From Paragordius varius (taxonomy: Eukaryota; Animalia; Nematomorpha): a stretch of 64,000 bases of DNA. The stretch spans positions 6,882,001 through 6,946,000 of the forward strand of contig OZ176053.1 of assembly GCA_964247055.1 (NCBI GenBank), in the 5' to 3' direction. A program made the position numbers and the translations under genes. A model generated the notes under the pieces. That model did not search any database, was not told the DNA's origin, and saw only the letters and a program-made list of their open reading frames with translations. Shown here one piece after another: positions 25,601 to 38,560 of this stretch (its first letter is position 1; each line of letters starts with the position of its first letter).

Positions 25601-25648
25601 TTTGGTCGAGGATTGTTTGGCGGTTGATACAATAGGTTTGTAAGACAT
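22614..25648 (-). CDS. FITM2: Fat storage-inducing transmembrane protein (FITM; acyl-CoA diphosphatase)
   Basis: Five exons (25648-25507, 25484-25274, 24707-24574, 23573-23450, 22896-22614). They give NYLNLYGVKIGWGWT, C...GGKWVGLDLSGHIFML, IIGEE, VWELMIFATILYFH and SPGKP; both catalytic His motifs are present. Confidence 0.9.
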
Positions 25649-25969
25649 AATTCGGATATATCAATCAAATCTTGATTAAAATTACTAAAATAAATTTATA
25701 AGCCTAATTGCACATAAATTGGCACACAATCTTTTTAACATATGATCAATACCGCATTCGACGCACGTTTGTTTTCCTTGCATAAATTATAGGTTAATAT
25801 AGATAAAAAAAGAAAAAAACATGAGGCGCATCCAACCTAAAAAGGGGGAGTATACTTTGCTCAAAAGAAGTAAACCATATCTTTATGTTAATTTTTATTG
25901 ACAAATATTAATTTATTGAACTTTTTTTGATTTTTTTATCATTCTTTTAACATGGTATGATAAAATCTT

Positions 25970-25995
<26 letters not shown>
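25970..25995. repeat. (TA)n microsatellite in the FITM/SLC7 divergent promoter interval
   Basis: TA run between the two head-to-head start codons (25648 and 26159). Confidence 0.9.
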
Positions 25996-26000
<5 letters not shown>

Positions 26001-26158
26001 TATTTAATAATTAATTAACCTTGTATGTAACTTGACTTCTTTATAGATTTTACATTCATATAAATTTCGGAGTTAATAAATTTTAGTTGTATTATTATAC
26101 ATTAAGAACAAATAATTCTTTTTTGTGATAAATATAAATCAAATTTTTTTTGTAAAAT

Positions 26159-29100
26159 ATGGATAATAAATCTTTTGATTCGTCACCTTCAACAATTCAT
26201 AAAAGAGGTAGGTTAATTACCATTCCTTATTTTTTCAAAAATTGATTTTGACGCAATCTGCTTACTTTTCCACACTTATATTAGTTATACCTGGATCTTC
26301 TAACCCACCTAAAACTAACTCTATACCAAATGAATCATCCCAGAAGTCAGAAAATTTGGAAAATAATGGAATGGTTCCCAAAGAAGCAGTTAGGCTTAAA
26401 AGGGAAGTTGGTCTTATTGGGGGGATAGCCATTATTGTGGGAACTATGATTGGTATAAAAATTTCCATATCGATTATTTACCTTAATTTTATGTACTTGA
26501 TCATTTCACTTGGCTTATTTTATAATTTTTTATGATCCGAATGTTTGACAGTATATTTTAAAACATTGTCGTATTATAATTAATTAACTATTACCACTAT
26601 TATTTATTCAAAGAACTCATTACTTTCAGAGAGGTTGTTTTGATTCTTCTTTTTTAAGCTATGGATGTCCTACGCGCTTCTCGGTACCCAAATGTGCTCT
26701 CAAAAATGTTAAAAAAATAATAAATTGGATTTAACTCTTTAATATTACAACTATATTCTTATTCGTTTTGTGGACTTAACTTTTTTCACCTCTTTCAATA
26801 ATATTTAAGTTAATTGCTGATTTTTATTTGGTTGTTTTTTATTCTCTAAAAAATTTAAATAATCCTTTTTGTATAAATTTTATTGAATAGTTATTTTGAG
26901 GCTTTATAAGTTATAATATCTATCATTCAATATATTCTACATTAAATTATTTCAACCATAAAATATGAAATTAAGTTAATTACTCTTGGGAAAAGAATTT
27001 AGTTATGGCATTTTATTTAGATCTTAATACACAATATGAGCCATGGAATAATGTAATTCTATTTTAACAATGCAGGTTTAAAATATCTAATTTTGGATTA
27101 ACATCAAATAGTTTTCAACTGAAGCAAATTTTAAATTAGCTTACGTTTATCATTTATATATTGCATTTTTATGGTAATTTTTACGTTTTAGTTTTTAATA
27201 ATAATATAAAATAAAATTCGTATGCTATTTTCCGTATGTTTAGTAGGGAAACTACATATTTTTTGCGAATTTTTTTCTCTTTTATATGCCATTTTTTGTG
27301 CGGAGTGTGTTTATCACAAATATTAAGAATTTTTAATTTTTTTTATTCTTTTGTTTCAACTTAAATCCCGGTTGAATGGAAGGAAAGTTTAACTGTGCCT
27401 GTATTTAAAGAGGTGATATAAATGAATGTAGTAACTATAGAGGGATAAAATTAATGTCACACACCATAAAATTGTTTGAAAAAATAAAAGCGAATCAGGA
27501 AAATGATATGTATAGAAGGAAATCAATTTGGTTTCATGCCAGGAAAGTCAACAGTAGATCCTTTACATGCGGTTAGGAGGTTGATTGAAAAACACAATTA
27601 AAAAAAGAAAGAATTACACGGGGTTTTGATTGATATAGAGAAGGCGTTTGACAGGATACCTAGATAAACTATTTGGTGGAGTCTCCGTCATAAAAAGATG
27701 CCAGAAAGATATATTAAGTTGTTACAAATAATGTACGAATCCCACACCTCCAGGATTAACACAAAGTTTAGCATAGCCCTTTTCAATAAAGCATGAAGTC
27801 TACCAAGGCTCATCACTCAGCCCCTTATTGTTCATAATTTGTATGGACGAGGTAGCCAAGGTTGTTAATGTGAGTTCAGGATGGTACTTAATGTATGCAG
27901 ATGACATAATCATCTTGTCTGATTCATTATTTGAGTTAAAGCGAACGGTAAACAGATGGGTTGTTATGCTGGATCAATATGGTCTGAAAGTAAACAAAGC
28001 AAAAACCGAACTTATTACTTTTGGGGGTCCACAACATGAAATGGTAGTTGATGATAATTGGGTTCTGAAGGGTAAAGAAAGTTGCAAATATTTGGGAGCT
28101 ATGTTAAGTTCAGATGGTTCGTTCACCGATGATAATAATTTAGGAATAAAGAGCAGCTGGGTAAATTGGAAGAAAATTTCAAGCGTGATATGCGATCGAA
28201 ATATTGATGTTAGAGTGAAAGGTAAGATTTACAGTTCAGTTGTCCAGCCCTCAATGATGTATAATTCACAGACGTGGGGTGTCCAAAAATCCGAAGAAAG
28301 ACATTTTAACGTGACTGAAATGAAAATGCTCAAAATGATGTGTGGGGTAACAAGAAAGGACAGAATTGAGAATAGATTTATTCGTGGGAGCACAGATATT
28401 AAATCAATATTGGAAAGGATGTCAAAAAATAGGCTACGTTGGTTCGGGCACATTGAAAGGAGAGATTCTAATTATATTGCAAATAGATAGTTATATAGTT
28501 GAGGGAAAACGAGGACGTGGGCGGCCTAAAACGAAATGGATAGATACAGTAAAACGAGAGCTGGCAGAATACGAGCTTAATGCAGAGGACGCCATAGATA
28601 GAGTTCTTAGACAGGTTGTATAACATGACCGCTCTCACGAGTGAAAACATGTAATGTAATAATAATAATAATTTATTCTTATCCGTGTGATTTTGTTGAT
28701 TACTTAGGAAATTAAAAATTAATGCATGCAATACCCAAAGGTTATCCCAAAAATCTGCAATAATTATTAATACTTAAAATTTGTTGATCATTTTGCATTA
28801 TATTTAAATTATAAGGACGTTTAAATATTACTTTTTTACCTATATTTAATCACACAATTTTTCAATAAAACGCATTTTTGTTATAAAAATTTTTATTTAT
28901 AAAAGTATTTTTATACTAGTAATGTTACATCAAATTGTATTTATAATTTTATAAATGTTTAATTTTCCTAGAAAATATTTTTTGGTCAAAAACTTTTTAT
29001 TTTGAAAATTTTCAATTTATTTCATTTGTCAACTTTTAATTGAATGTATATTATTCTTGTTAATTATATATATTAATATTAAAATTTTGCACTCATTACA

Positions 29101-32100
29101 CTAGACAACAAATTTTTCTGCCACTCGAGTTTTTTGCATTTTTTGATATTTAATATCATTTTAACAGTAAATCTGAAATAAAAATTATAACTCGTTGGAA
29201 GAATTTTGTATAATTTGATTTTTTAGATTATGCGCCCTCTTTATCAAAATTTTACTAAAAAATGTTTTTCTTTGAAAATATACAAGTAATGCCCATTTGT
29301 AATATATCATTCGAAAGAGTATTAAAAACTCTATAAAATATATACTAATATGTATTACATCGACAGTTAATATTGAACACAAAGAGCGACAAACGCACGA
29401 AGCGAGAGCATTTTTTTTAATTATTATATTTTTCAAACTAATGGATGAAAATAGCTCAAACTTTGTTTAGATGGAGATGAATGTCCAAAAAAGATAACAC
29501 AAGAAAGTTTTTTTTGTTTAAAACATTTTTTATTGCTTTTATGTCACTCAAAACAGCCATTTTTAAGTTTTATGTTTTCTAAAAATTACCATCTCATCAA
29601 TATTAATTTATTTTCTATACAAGGCTAATAATTTCGAAAATTTAAAAATAAAAACAAAGTTTAAGGTATTTTTGATGTTTTATAGCCAATATGTAATAAA
29701 TTTACAGTTATAACTATGCATTTTAGTATCCACTAGGTAAAATATTTATGATTATAATAATTTTTATTAAAAAAAGCAAACCAAAAGCTTTTTCAAACAT
29801 TTTTTTTAAATTAAATACTAATATAACCCTAATAATAATATTAAAATAATTTAAATGATTTTCAAATTAGTTTGTCTGTGAAAATTCTTGACTTATTTAA
29901 GGATTGAAAATTTTGACCATTTAAATCCAAATAACTTTTACATCCGATGGATTTAAATGACTTACTACCATTTAAAAGATGCAGTTTTTTGCGCTCTTTC
30001 GAATGATATAAAATACATGGCTTCATATCTAAAACTTTAAATTTATGAAATTTCAAGTTTAATGTTAAATCGGGGCCAAAGATTCTCGATAAACTCTAAT
30101 ATAAAAAAATTCTTTCATGTAGGACCAATTTTCTTTTCAGATATACTAATTATGTACTTTAATGAAATAAATTTTAAATTTACAAGAATGGCAGTTAAAA
30201 AAAGTTAAAATTTGTTGTCTAGTGTTATTTGCAGTTTTTATGAAACATCTAAATTTTTTGGGATACCGTTTTTTTACCGAATTTCTCAATATTTTTCGCA
30301 TAACATCTATTATTATATAAATCACGACTCTTATTTAAATTTTATATCTATTACATTTATGTTTTTGGCATTATAATTAGATACTCACACAATCGTGTTA
30401 TATATTGTTTTTATCATTAAAACAATTAATTATGTTTTTAATGTAAAACACTTTTATGTTCCAAATCATGTTATATATGCCTTAAAGGTGATCAAATTCC
30501 ATTATGTCGAATGGAAATAGTTTGATTTTATAAAGAAAATTCTGTTATGAAATTTCACAACACTTGTATAATTTTTATATTTTCCACATTTTTACACAAA
30601 AATGTAAATAGTTAAACTTGGTTTAAAAAATGCCAATATTAAGGGTTTATTTAAATTTCATATAACCTATTATACATTCTTAACATCTTAATTTTAGTTA
30701 ATATATATAGAAATAATAATTATATTTGGAGTTTATTATTGTTTTTTCGCTCCAGATTTGAAATATAAGGGAGATTGAAATATGATCATACATTCAGCAG
30801 CTTTTATGAATTTTTTAATAATATTTAAACAGCTTGATATTTTACCGACTCTATTAATTAAAAAAATCCAGGCACAGTAAGCAACAAAATATATCTGTAT
30901 TTTTTACAATATAAAATTTTTCACTATTTTTACATATTTACCCTTGTTTTATGAATGAAGGTTCGGGTATATTTGTTACTCCCGTTGGCGTTTTACGTAG
31001 TTCAGGCTCTGTGGCTATGTCGCTAGTCGTTTGGTGTTTAAGTGGAATACTTTCAATGCTTGGTGCGCTGTGTTATGCTGAGTTGGGAACTCTCATACCC
31101 AAATCGGGTGGGGAATATGCTTATCTCCTGGAAGCTTTTAACAATAATCCTATCACGAGCTCTGATTCAACGGACAGTATTGGACCAACGGAAAAGAATC
31201 AAATTACGGCAAGAGAAAAATCTGGTAGAATTTTTTCAATACGCTTTTGGACAGTTTAAAGTTAAGATTATACTAATATGTCATTGTTTAATGTTAAAAA
31301 CTAAGACTTGAAACCGGATTCGGTTAGTTTTAGTTCCGGTTAATCATTTATTTGTCTCTGTTGATTTTTAAGGAACTGTTGACTGTTCTGGAACAAATGG
31401 GTATGGTTTCAAAAAAATATTGCCTCTGTCATGAGATGGTTAGGATTTTATTTTTAATCAGATAATTATACTATAATGTGGAAAAGGAGTCAAAAAGATA
31501 TAAACAGCTTATTGTTTGCCTTTCTCAAAAATCATAATAGACAATTCTTAAAAATAAGGTTGAAAGGAAAAGAATTTTTTTTGAAAAGAAATATTATAGG
31601 AATTGTTTTTAACTGCGGTTACGGTTGTAAAAACGGGTACGCGGAACCTTTTTTGGTGGTTCCAAAATGTTATTTGGAAATAGTATATGATACAGCTCCA
31701 GTTCTGCAAAACAAGTTCAAATGTTTTATTTTAAATCATACCTATTAATTTGCAAAGCTTAATCATTTGAATTCATGAAATGAAGTTTTAAAAAATTTAA
31801 AATTAACAACTCCTTAAAATTAATTTATCTTTCGGATTCTGAAAACTGGTGATTAGTATCCAAAAATACGAAAATTGGATTAACACATTTTTGACCCTAA
31901 ATTTGGCACTCACATTATTAATTTTATATATCATATACACTAATCAAAGCTACAAGCCTAAACTCTCTCGAAGCTCAAAGAATAGGAGGTGTAACGTTAC
32001 CCGGACGCAACATTGTTCGACGGGGCGAATCTAAACGTGAATGCTGCAAACGATTTTGGGGTCCGGTTCCAGCTTATCTATTTGCTTGGACCACACTAGT

Positions 32101-35100
32101 TATCCTTAAGACTTCGGCTATGGCTGTAATAGCTATAACATTTGCCGAATACATTGTAACTGCTGTCACCAGTCTGTTAAGTCTAACGTGTCCTCAAAAT
32201 GGTGTGGCGACATCCTTGAAAAGTGGTGGGAGCAATGGAGATGTTAATGATCACATTGCGGTAAAAAAAATGGTGGCTATGAGTGCAGTATGTAAGTTGT
32301 TTATAGTTAGAATTTTTTATATGATTTTTTTTGTTTTTTTTTCGTTGAACTACAGAATACATATTAATGTTGGTCAATTGGCAAAACAATACTAGGTTAT
32401 GGGTAAAAAACAACATATGGTTGTTGAAATTATAAATTTTTTCCCATCTTACGACATTATCTTTATTGGCAAACTTTGGTTTACATCACGCGCTGCTGTA
32501 TTACCAAATGGTCAACAATAATGTGCATACTGTATATTAATCAAGTATATCTCTAAGGGTAGAGCTTTTTTGAAGATAGGTAATTTACCACAGGTTTTGG
32601 GCTAGTGGTTTTAATGATAAAAATTAGTTAACACTTTAAAGGGGATTCTAGAAAAGGCTTTATTTTTTGTGGAGTATATCACTAAGGGCTTTGGAGCGTC
32701 TAATCTATTAAGAAATTAACATTATAAATGGTTATTGTGAGGATCGACATTTTACCAAAGGTAATGGAATAGCCGTTATAATGATAGATTCCATGGGATT
32801 ATTAAAAAGAAAAAGAAAATATTTATTTTAATAGAAAATTGAAATACAGTACAATCTCAGGACTGGTTTCGAATTCCCAATATGGGTGCGATGTTTTACA
32901 AAAGGGGTATTTTTTAGGATTCGGTATTAAACTTAGGAATTTGAACGGTCTGGCCTGATTAAATAATTAGATTTAAGCTCTTTTATAAGTATTTTTGCTT
33001 TAATAATTAATTTCTCTTGAAAGTGTTTTTTTTATGAAGTAATTTCAAAATTATTAAACTATTGCAAATGTTGTCATCTATATTATGTTTTTTTTGTATC
33101 AATAAATTTTATGGATATGTGTGTATTGCTAGTAGTTTAAACGATAATTTAAGCCTATACCTACATCACTCACCATTATTTTGTGTATTGTTTTTTTAAT
33201 AAAAAATTATTAATACTGTCTATTATAAATGTATATTTATTTTTTTATTTATTAGTTTTCATTGGATTTGTCAATGCTTACAGTGTTAAAATGGCCACGA
33301 AACTACAAACACTTTTTACGTTTTGCAAAATTTTTGCGCTTCTCCTTGTCATAATTGGAGGTTTGGTCAGGATTGCTCAAGGTTAAAACCAAAAAAGATT
33401 TTTCTTTATATTTTTTTAATATTCAGGATAGGGTATAAAACAATTGTCCAATTTTAAATTATATACAAAAACCTCATTTAATTATTTGATTTTAATTAAT
33501 AGAGAGAGAGCTAAAACATAATATTTTTTACGTTAAAAATTATAACAGGTCATACCGATATCCTTAAACAAGGATTCTCTGGAACGAATTGGGATCCTAG
33601 TCAAATAGCCTTGGCCTTTTATTCCGGACTTTGGGCTTACGATGGATGGAATAATCTTAACTTTTTGTCTGAAGAAATCGCACAACCTGAAATGTTTTTT
33701 TTCTCATTTAATTTTAAACAAACATTTAAGAAACAGTTTGATGCTGTTTACTAAACTAATAGTTATTAACATATATATTAAACAAATTTGGAAAAATTTC
33801 GCAAAAAATGGATAGTTTATTAACACAATGCAATATTTCAAATAGTTTAGTTATTAGATGACATTAATTGTTATAACTTTCGTTTTTTAGAAATATACCG
33901 CGAGCCATTATTATTGGAATACCAACGGTTACATTTCTTTATGTTATGACAAATGTGGCATATTTCACAGTACTATCACCCATACAAATGTTAACATCTA
34001 ATGCTGTCGCCGTGGTAAGTTTCATTTACGAAATTTTTTAAGTAGAGATTGTGTTTAAATAAATTGGTTTTTTTAATAAAACTTTTTCTTTTAATAATAA
34101 AAGTTTGTGCATTTTTGTTCCTTAAATGTCAAAACAATATTAAAAAGATTTTAATTTATTAAATAACTTTTTTATAAGCTTTAAAACCATTTTTAGCGAC
34201 TATGTGATTTATTTATTAGGATTGGTCTATACCCCTTTTCGGGTTTCGTTTCTTTTGGATTATACCGCTATGTGTAGCTTGTTCGGCCTTTGGAGCCTTG
34301 AATGGTGAATTAATGGCAGTTAGTAGGTTAGAATATTGAATTTCTTTAAATATTGTGGATATACTACATAAAAAATTGTTACAAAACATAAGTTCGTAAT
34401 GCCCACAGATTGAAATGTTTAAATATATATTTTGCTATTAGACTTTTTAAGGGCGCATTCACAGAGTCTTTAAATTGGTTAATTATTTAATTTTTACTTA
34501 TACATAGAGTATGTTATGCCGCTGCACGGGAGAGGCATTTAATGCATTTGCTATCATATGTCCATGTTCTCCGTATAACACCCGCGCCTGCCATCATATT
34601 ATCGGTATTTGTGATTGATTTCAATACGTTTTTTGAAAACTAATTATATACATTTTATTTATTGTACAATAAAAAATCTTATATCTATGGATTATGGTTC
34701 ATTTCGACCTCTAAATGTTTTCAGCCATGTGATAGGAAATGATTCCTTATTTTTTGCAAAACCCTAAAGAAAATGAATTAAAAACACCGTTTAAATATAT
34801 GCCATACTGAAAAAAGCTTTTTGTAGTATTTGGATAAAAATATAACATGTAATTTCTATTATTAACGTCTTTTATTTTATAAAAAATAACCATAAATTAT
34901 TAAATTTATTATTTACATATATTTTAATATCATTCCTCTCATACTTTATGCCCATCCATATATATATATATATTTTATCTATTTAGTCGCTCATAAGTAT
35001 TGTCATGATTATGATGGGTAACATAAATAGCTTGATTGATTTTTTCAGTTTTGCTGTTTGGATATTTTATGGAATAACTATGGTAGCTTTGCTCAAACTA

Positions 35101-36495
35101 CGTTTTACAATGCCAAACGCTGTACGCCCGTACAAGGTATGTTGTTTATTTATGCGAAACCCCTTTAAAGCATTTATACCCTAAAAACAACTTTGTTTAA
35201 TGTTTATGAGAAAAACTATAGTTTTAGAACAAACTAGGATTTTTTGTCTCAAAAATGGATTTTTTAAAAAAAGGTATTACTATAAAACTTTTTTTAGGTG
35301 TACATATTTGTCCCTGTGTTCGTATTAGCTGTGGCCATATTTTTAGTCGTTGCTCCTATAATAAGGGATCCTGCCATTGAATACTTGTATGCGGCACTTT
35401 TTATTTTGTGTGGATTACTCCTGTACATACCTTTTGTCTTTTTCAAAATCCATTTCAAGTGTATAGGTAAGTGTTTATCTAATTATTTTTAAAAATAATT
35501 TATTATATATGAAATGTAATTACCATTAACCTTATTAATATCATATGACTTTTTTGAGCCGGAAAATATGGTGAATGTTGTTTTAAATTAATATTGCTTG
35601 TTGTTATTTTTATTGAGGCCATAATTTTTTGGAGAACAGCAGCTGCTTATATTTATAAAGTTTTTGTTAAAAATAAGAGAGAGTTATTTGAATATGAAGC
35701 TTTATCTCTTTTATTCAATATAATAAATAAATTTATGGATATCCGTAACTCTACTTGAGTCGTAGGTTAATTCATTTTTTAAAAATATTTTGTAAGATAG
35801 AGACTATCCATATGACCTGATGTTTATTTAATGCGCCTAACCTTTGAATATCTGATTTTGGCTTCACATAACTATAATGCTTTGCCGAACGGAAAAAGGA
35901 ATCAAGAAAACATTTTTGTTTATCTATTAATGCATTATTTATTCTATGTCTGTTCAATTTTTAAGCATATGTGGTTTCGTCGCAAATAACTTGCAAAAAA
36001 TTACTTTGAATGTAGAATTTGGTTTTTTGAAATTTTTTCCTTGATAAATCTTTCCTCTTCAATATATTTGAAATTTTTTGGAAACCAAATATTTCATTGA
36101 ACTATCAGGAAAGAATGCCGATAAACCCTCAAATTAGTTTTAATAAGAAATAATTTCACATACATATATAAGAAAAACTCTTTTCTTTTAAACTTTATCG
36201 GACATATAATTGTATTTTAACTTTAACACACCTAATATATCTTTAAACTAAATTATAACAGTACATTATTTGCCCAAATTTAGAGAGTTTCAATAATTAA
36301 AACACTGAAATTATATTTATATTTATTAAATTTTAATTACGTTTAGACAAAATCACGACATTCTGTCAACTGGTGCTTGAGGTTTCACCCGAAGATGTTG
36401 ATTTTTCTGAGTCAGGAATTAAAATGGAAGATGTACGCACTTCTTCTGATGCCAACGATAAACTTGCTCACACAATTTCCAGTCAAAGATTGTAA
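26159..36495 (+). CDS. L-type / b(0,+)-type amino-acid transporter light chain (SLC7 family, SLC7A9-like)
   Basis: Exon chain gives [80 protein letters not shown] and PAIEYLYA, ending ...SQRL* at 36495. Confidence 0.92.
27365..28670 (+). mobile_element. 5'-truncated, decayed RTE (BovB-like) LINE in SLC7 intron 2
   Basis: RT motifs [23 protein letters not shown] and YADDII; YLG, RLRWFGH and GKRGRGRPK; (TAA)n tail near 28655-28670. Confidence 0.9.
29099..30224. mobile_element. Non-autonomous CACTA-terminus (CMC-like) DNA element, about 1.13 kb
   Basis: 18-bp TIRs CACTAGACAACAAATTTT at both ends, flanked by TTA on both sides (3-bp TSD). A second copy is at 1-344. No transposase ORF seen. Confidence 0.75.
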
Positions 36496-37093
36496 AATAA
36501 ACGATATACATATCATTATACACAATCATGAAATAAAATCTCTCATTTTTATCATGTGTAAAAATGGTGCTTTCTTACAGCTTTTTATTTTGATAATATG
36601 TACTTTAATACCTAACCATCATCCCTTATCTACCCGTATACAATGCACATTACAATATTATATTATATTTTTATTTTTGATAAGCCTCATTAGATTAGCA
36701 TTAGACTGCAGTATTATCAGTTTTTGGATATGATTTTGAACTTGTAAATAAGATGTGAAATAAATATTTTTATTAATATGGTATGTTTGATACTTTAACA
36801 CAACTAGAAAAAAATTACTGTTTAATTAAGAAGATTCGTTAAGCCCAAAGTGTATTTGATTTCTTTAATTTAAATATTAGACTCTTGTAAGTTGATTGTG
36901 TTTTTTAATTAGTATCGATAGCTGCTTATCTTTAATGGGTAAATATATAATAATATAGTAGTAAACGAATGTTTCGGTTAAAACAATAATTTTTTAAGCA
37001 GAAAATCACAATATAAGTGACCGGCTTTACAAACGTTCTGAAAAATTAGATTAATATATACAGATCAAAGGGTTATGAGGGTTTTAAGCCTGC

Positions 37094-37388
37094 CAGGGGT
37101 GGCCGACACTATGAGGCCCTCCAAAATATATTTAAAATCGCGAGTAATTTTAAATGAGAAATTTTACGTAATCTAAATAGAATTGGTTTTATTAAACAAA
37201 TTTTCTTATTAAATTTTACGTATTTTTTGCATTTAACTAGCAAAAATTGTTAAATTAAATATGTTTACAGTCTTTAGTTTAAAATCTAATAAAATATTTG
37301 TTATTGCCCATATATATTACGATGCACCCCGTCAGATTTTTCGATCCAAAAATGGGCCTCATGAAGCCATCTGTTTTGGACACCCCTG
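37094..37388. mobile_element. hAT (Buster/Charlie-type) MITE
   Basis: Ends CAGGGGTGGCCGACAC and TTTTGGACACCCCTG. Right flank CTTTAAGC resembles TTTTAAGC just upstream of the left end (imperfect TSD, offset 4 bp). Confidence 0.65.
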
Positions 37389-38560
37389 CTTTAAGCCCTG
37401 GTTTTTACAAATAGCAATTATCACTGTAAATTAAAATTCAAGTATTTCATCGGAGGATATAACATAGAATGATGAAAATATAACAAATTTATATGACAAC
37501 ATTATAAATTGCATAAGTCAATATAATTAAATATTAATAAATCACAATAAATACTTTTTGATAAAATAATTTCATTAACATGTATATGGTAACAATACAA
37601 CTGTTTGATAAATAATACTTTGCGCAGGTTGAATTTTTTGGTGGCATATATAATATATATAATGATGGGACACTGCAAATCTTGCAATGGTGTTTCCATT
37701 TGAATTCCCATTAATTTAATACTAAAAAAATGATAATGATATGTTAGTTTTAAAATAGATTAATGTATAATAAAGGTTGCAATATTTAAGGGTCAAAATT
37801 ATTTCGAACATATTCAGTTTTGCTTTCATGTAGCAATTATAAATATTATTATTTTTATGGCTCTAATTGAAAAAATGATTGCCTTGTGCCACATTAGGTA
37901 AAAATTATTATAAAATCAATTCAGTTTAGCCTTGTTTCCCATAAAGGGGTAATATAACTAATCAAAACACTTAAAGATATTTATGTTTGACTTTTACACT
38001 AATTGTTCCAAAAAAACTGATTTAAAATATAAAAGCCATGACATCAAACCGCACGTGGCTCCTGACATTTTAATAACAACTGATAAATGAGTTGAATAGC
38101 ACCAGTACCAAAGATTTTGCCTTTTTACAATAAAAAAACAACGCGGTTCCGGTTCTAACCGTCCAGAAACTACACTGGTTTACTCCTTAACAGTACTTTA
38201 TAAGATATGTATTTAAATTTGGTTTTAAGTTCAAATTTAAGTTATTATTGTACAAAATTTTTCTTAGATTAAAAAAATTCGATGATATTAAAAGAATTAT
38301 TACTATAAAAAATGTCAAAGCGTCATTTTTCGGACTCTTTTATAGACTTATAGGAAAAAGTGAGGCAATCTAATAATCACCTAATTTTATACCATTAATG
38401 TAGCGCAAAAGTCAATCAATATATGATTTTGGCCAAATATGAATTTATGTTCGTAAATTATATAAATTAATCTTTTATTATATTGATAGTTAAACGATTT
38501 TAAAATATAATTATAAAGTTAAAGCATATTTGTGATATGCCGCCTAAAAATTACGAAATA

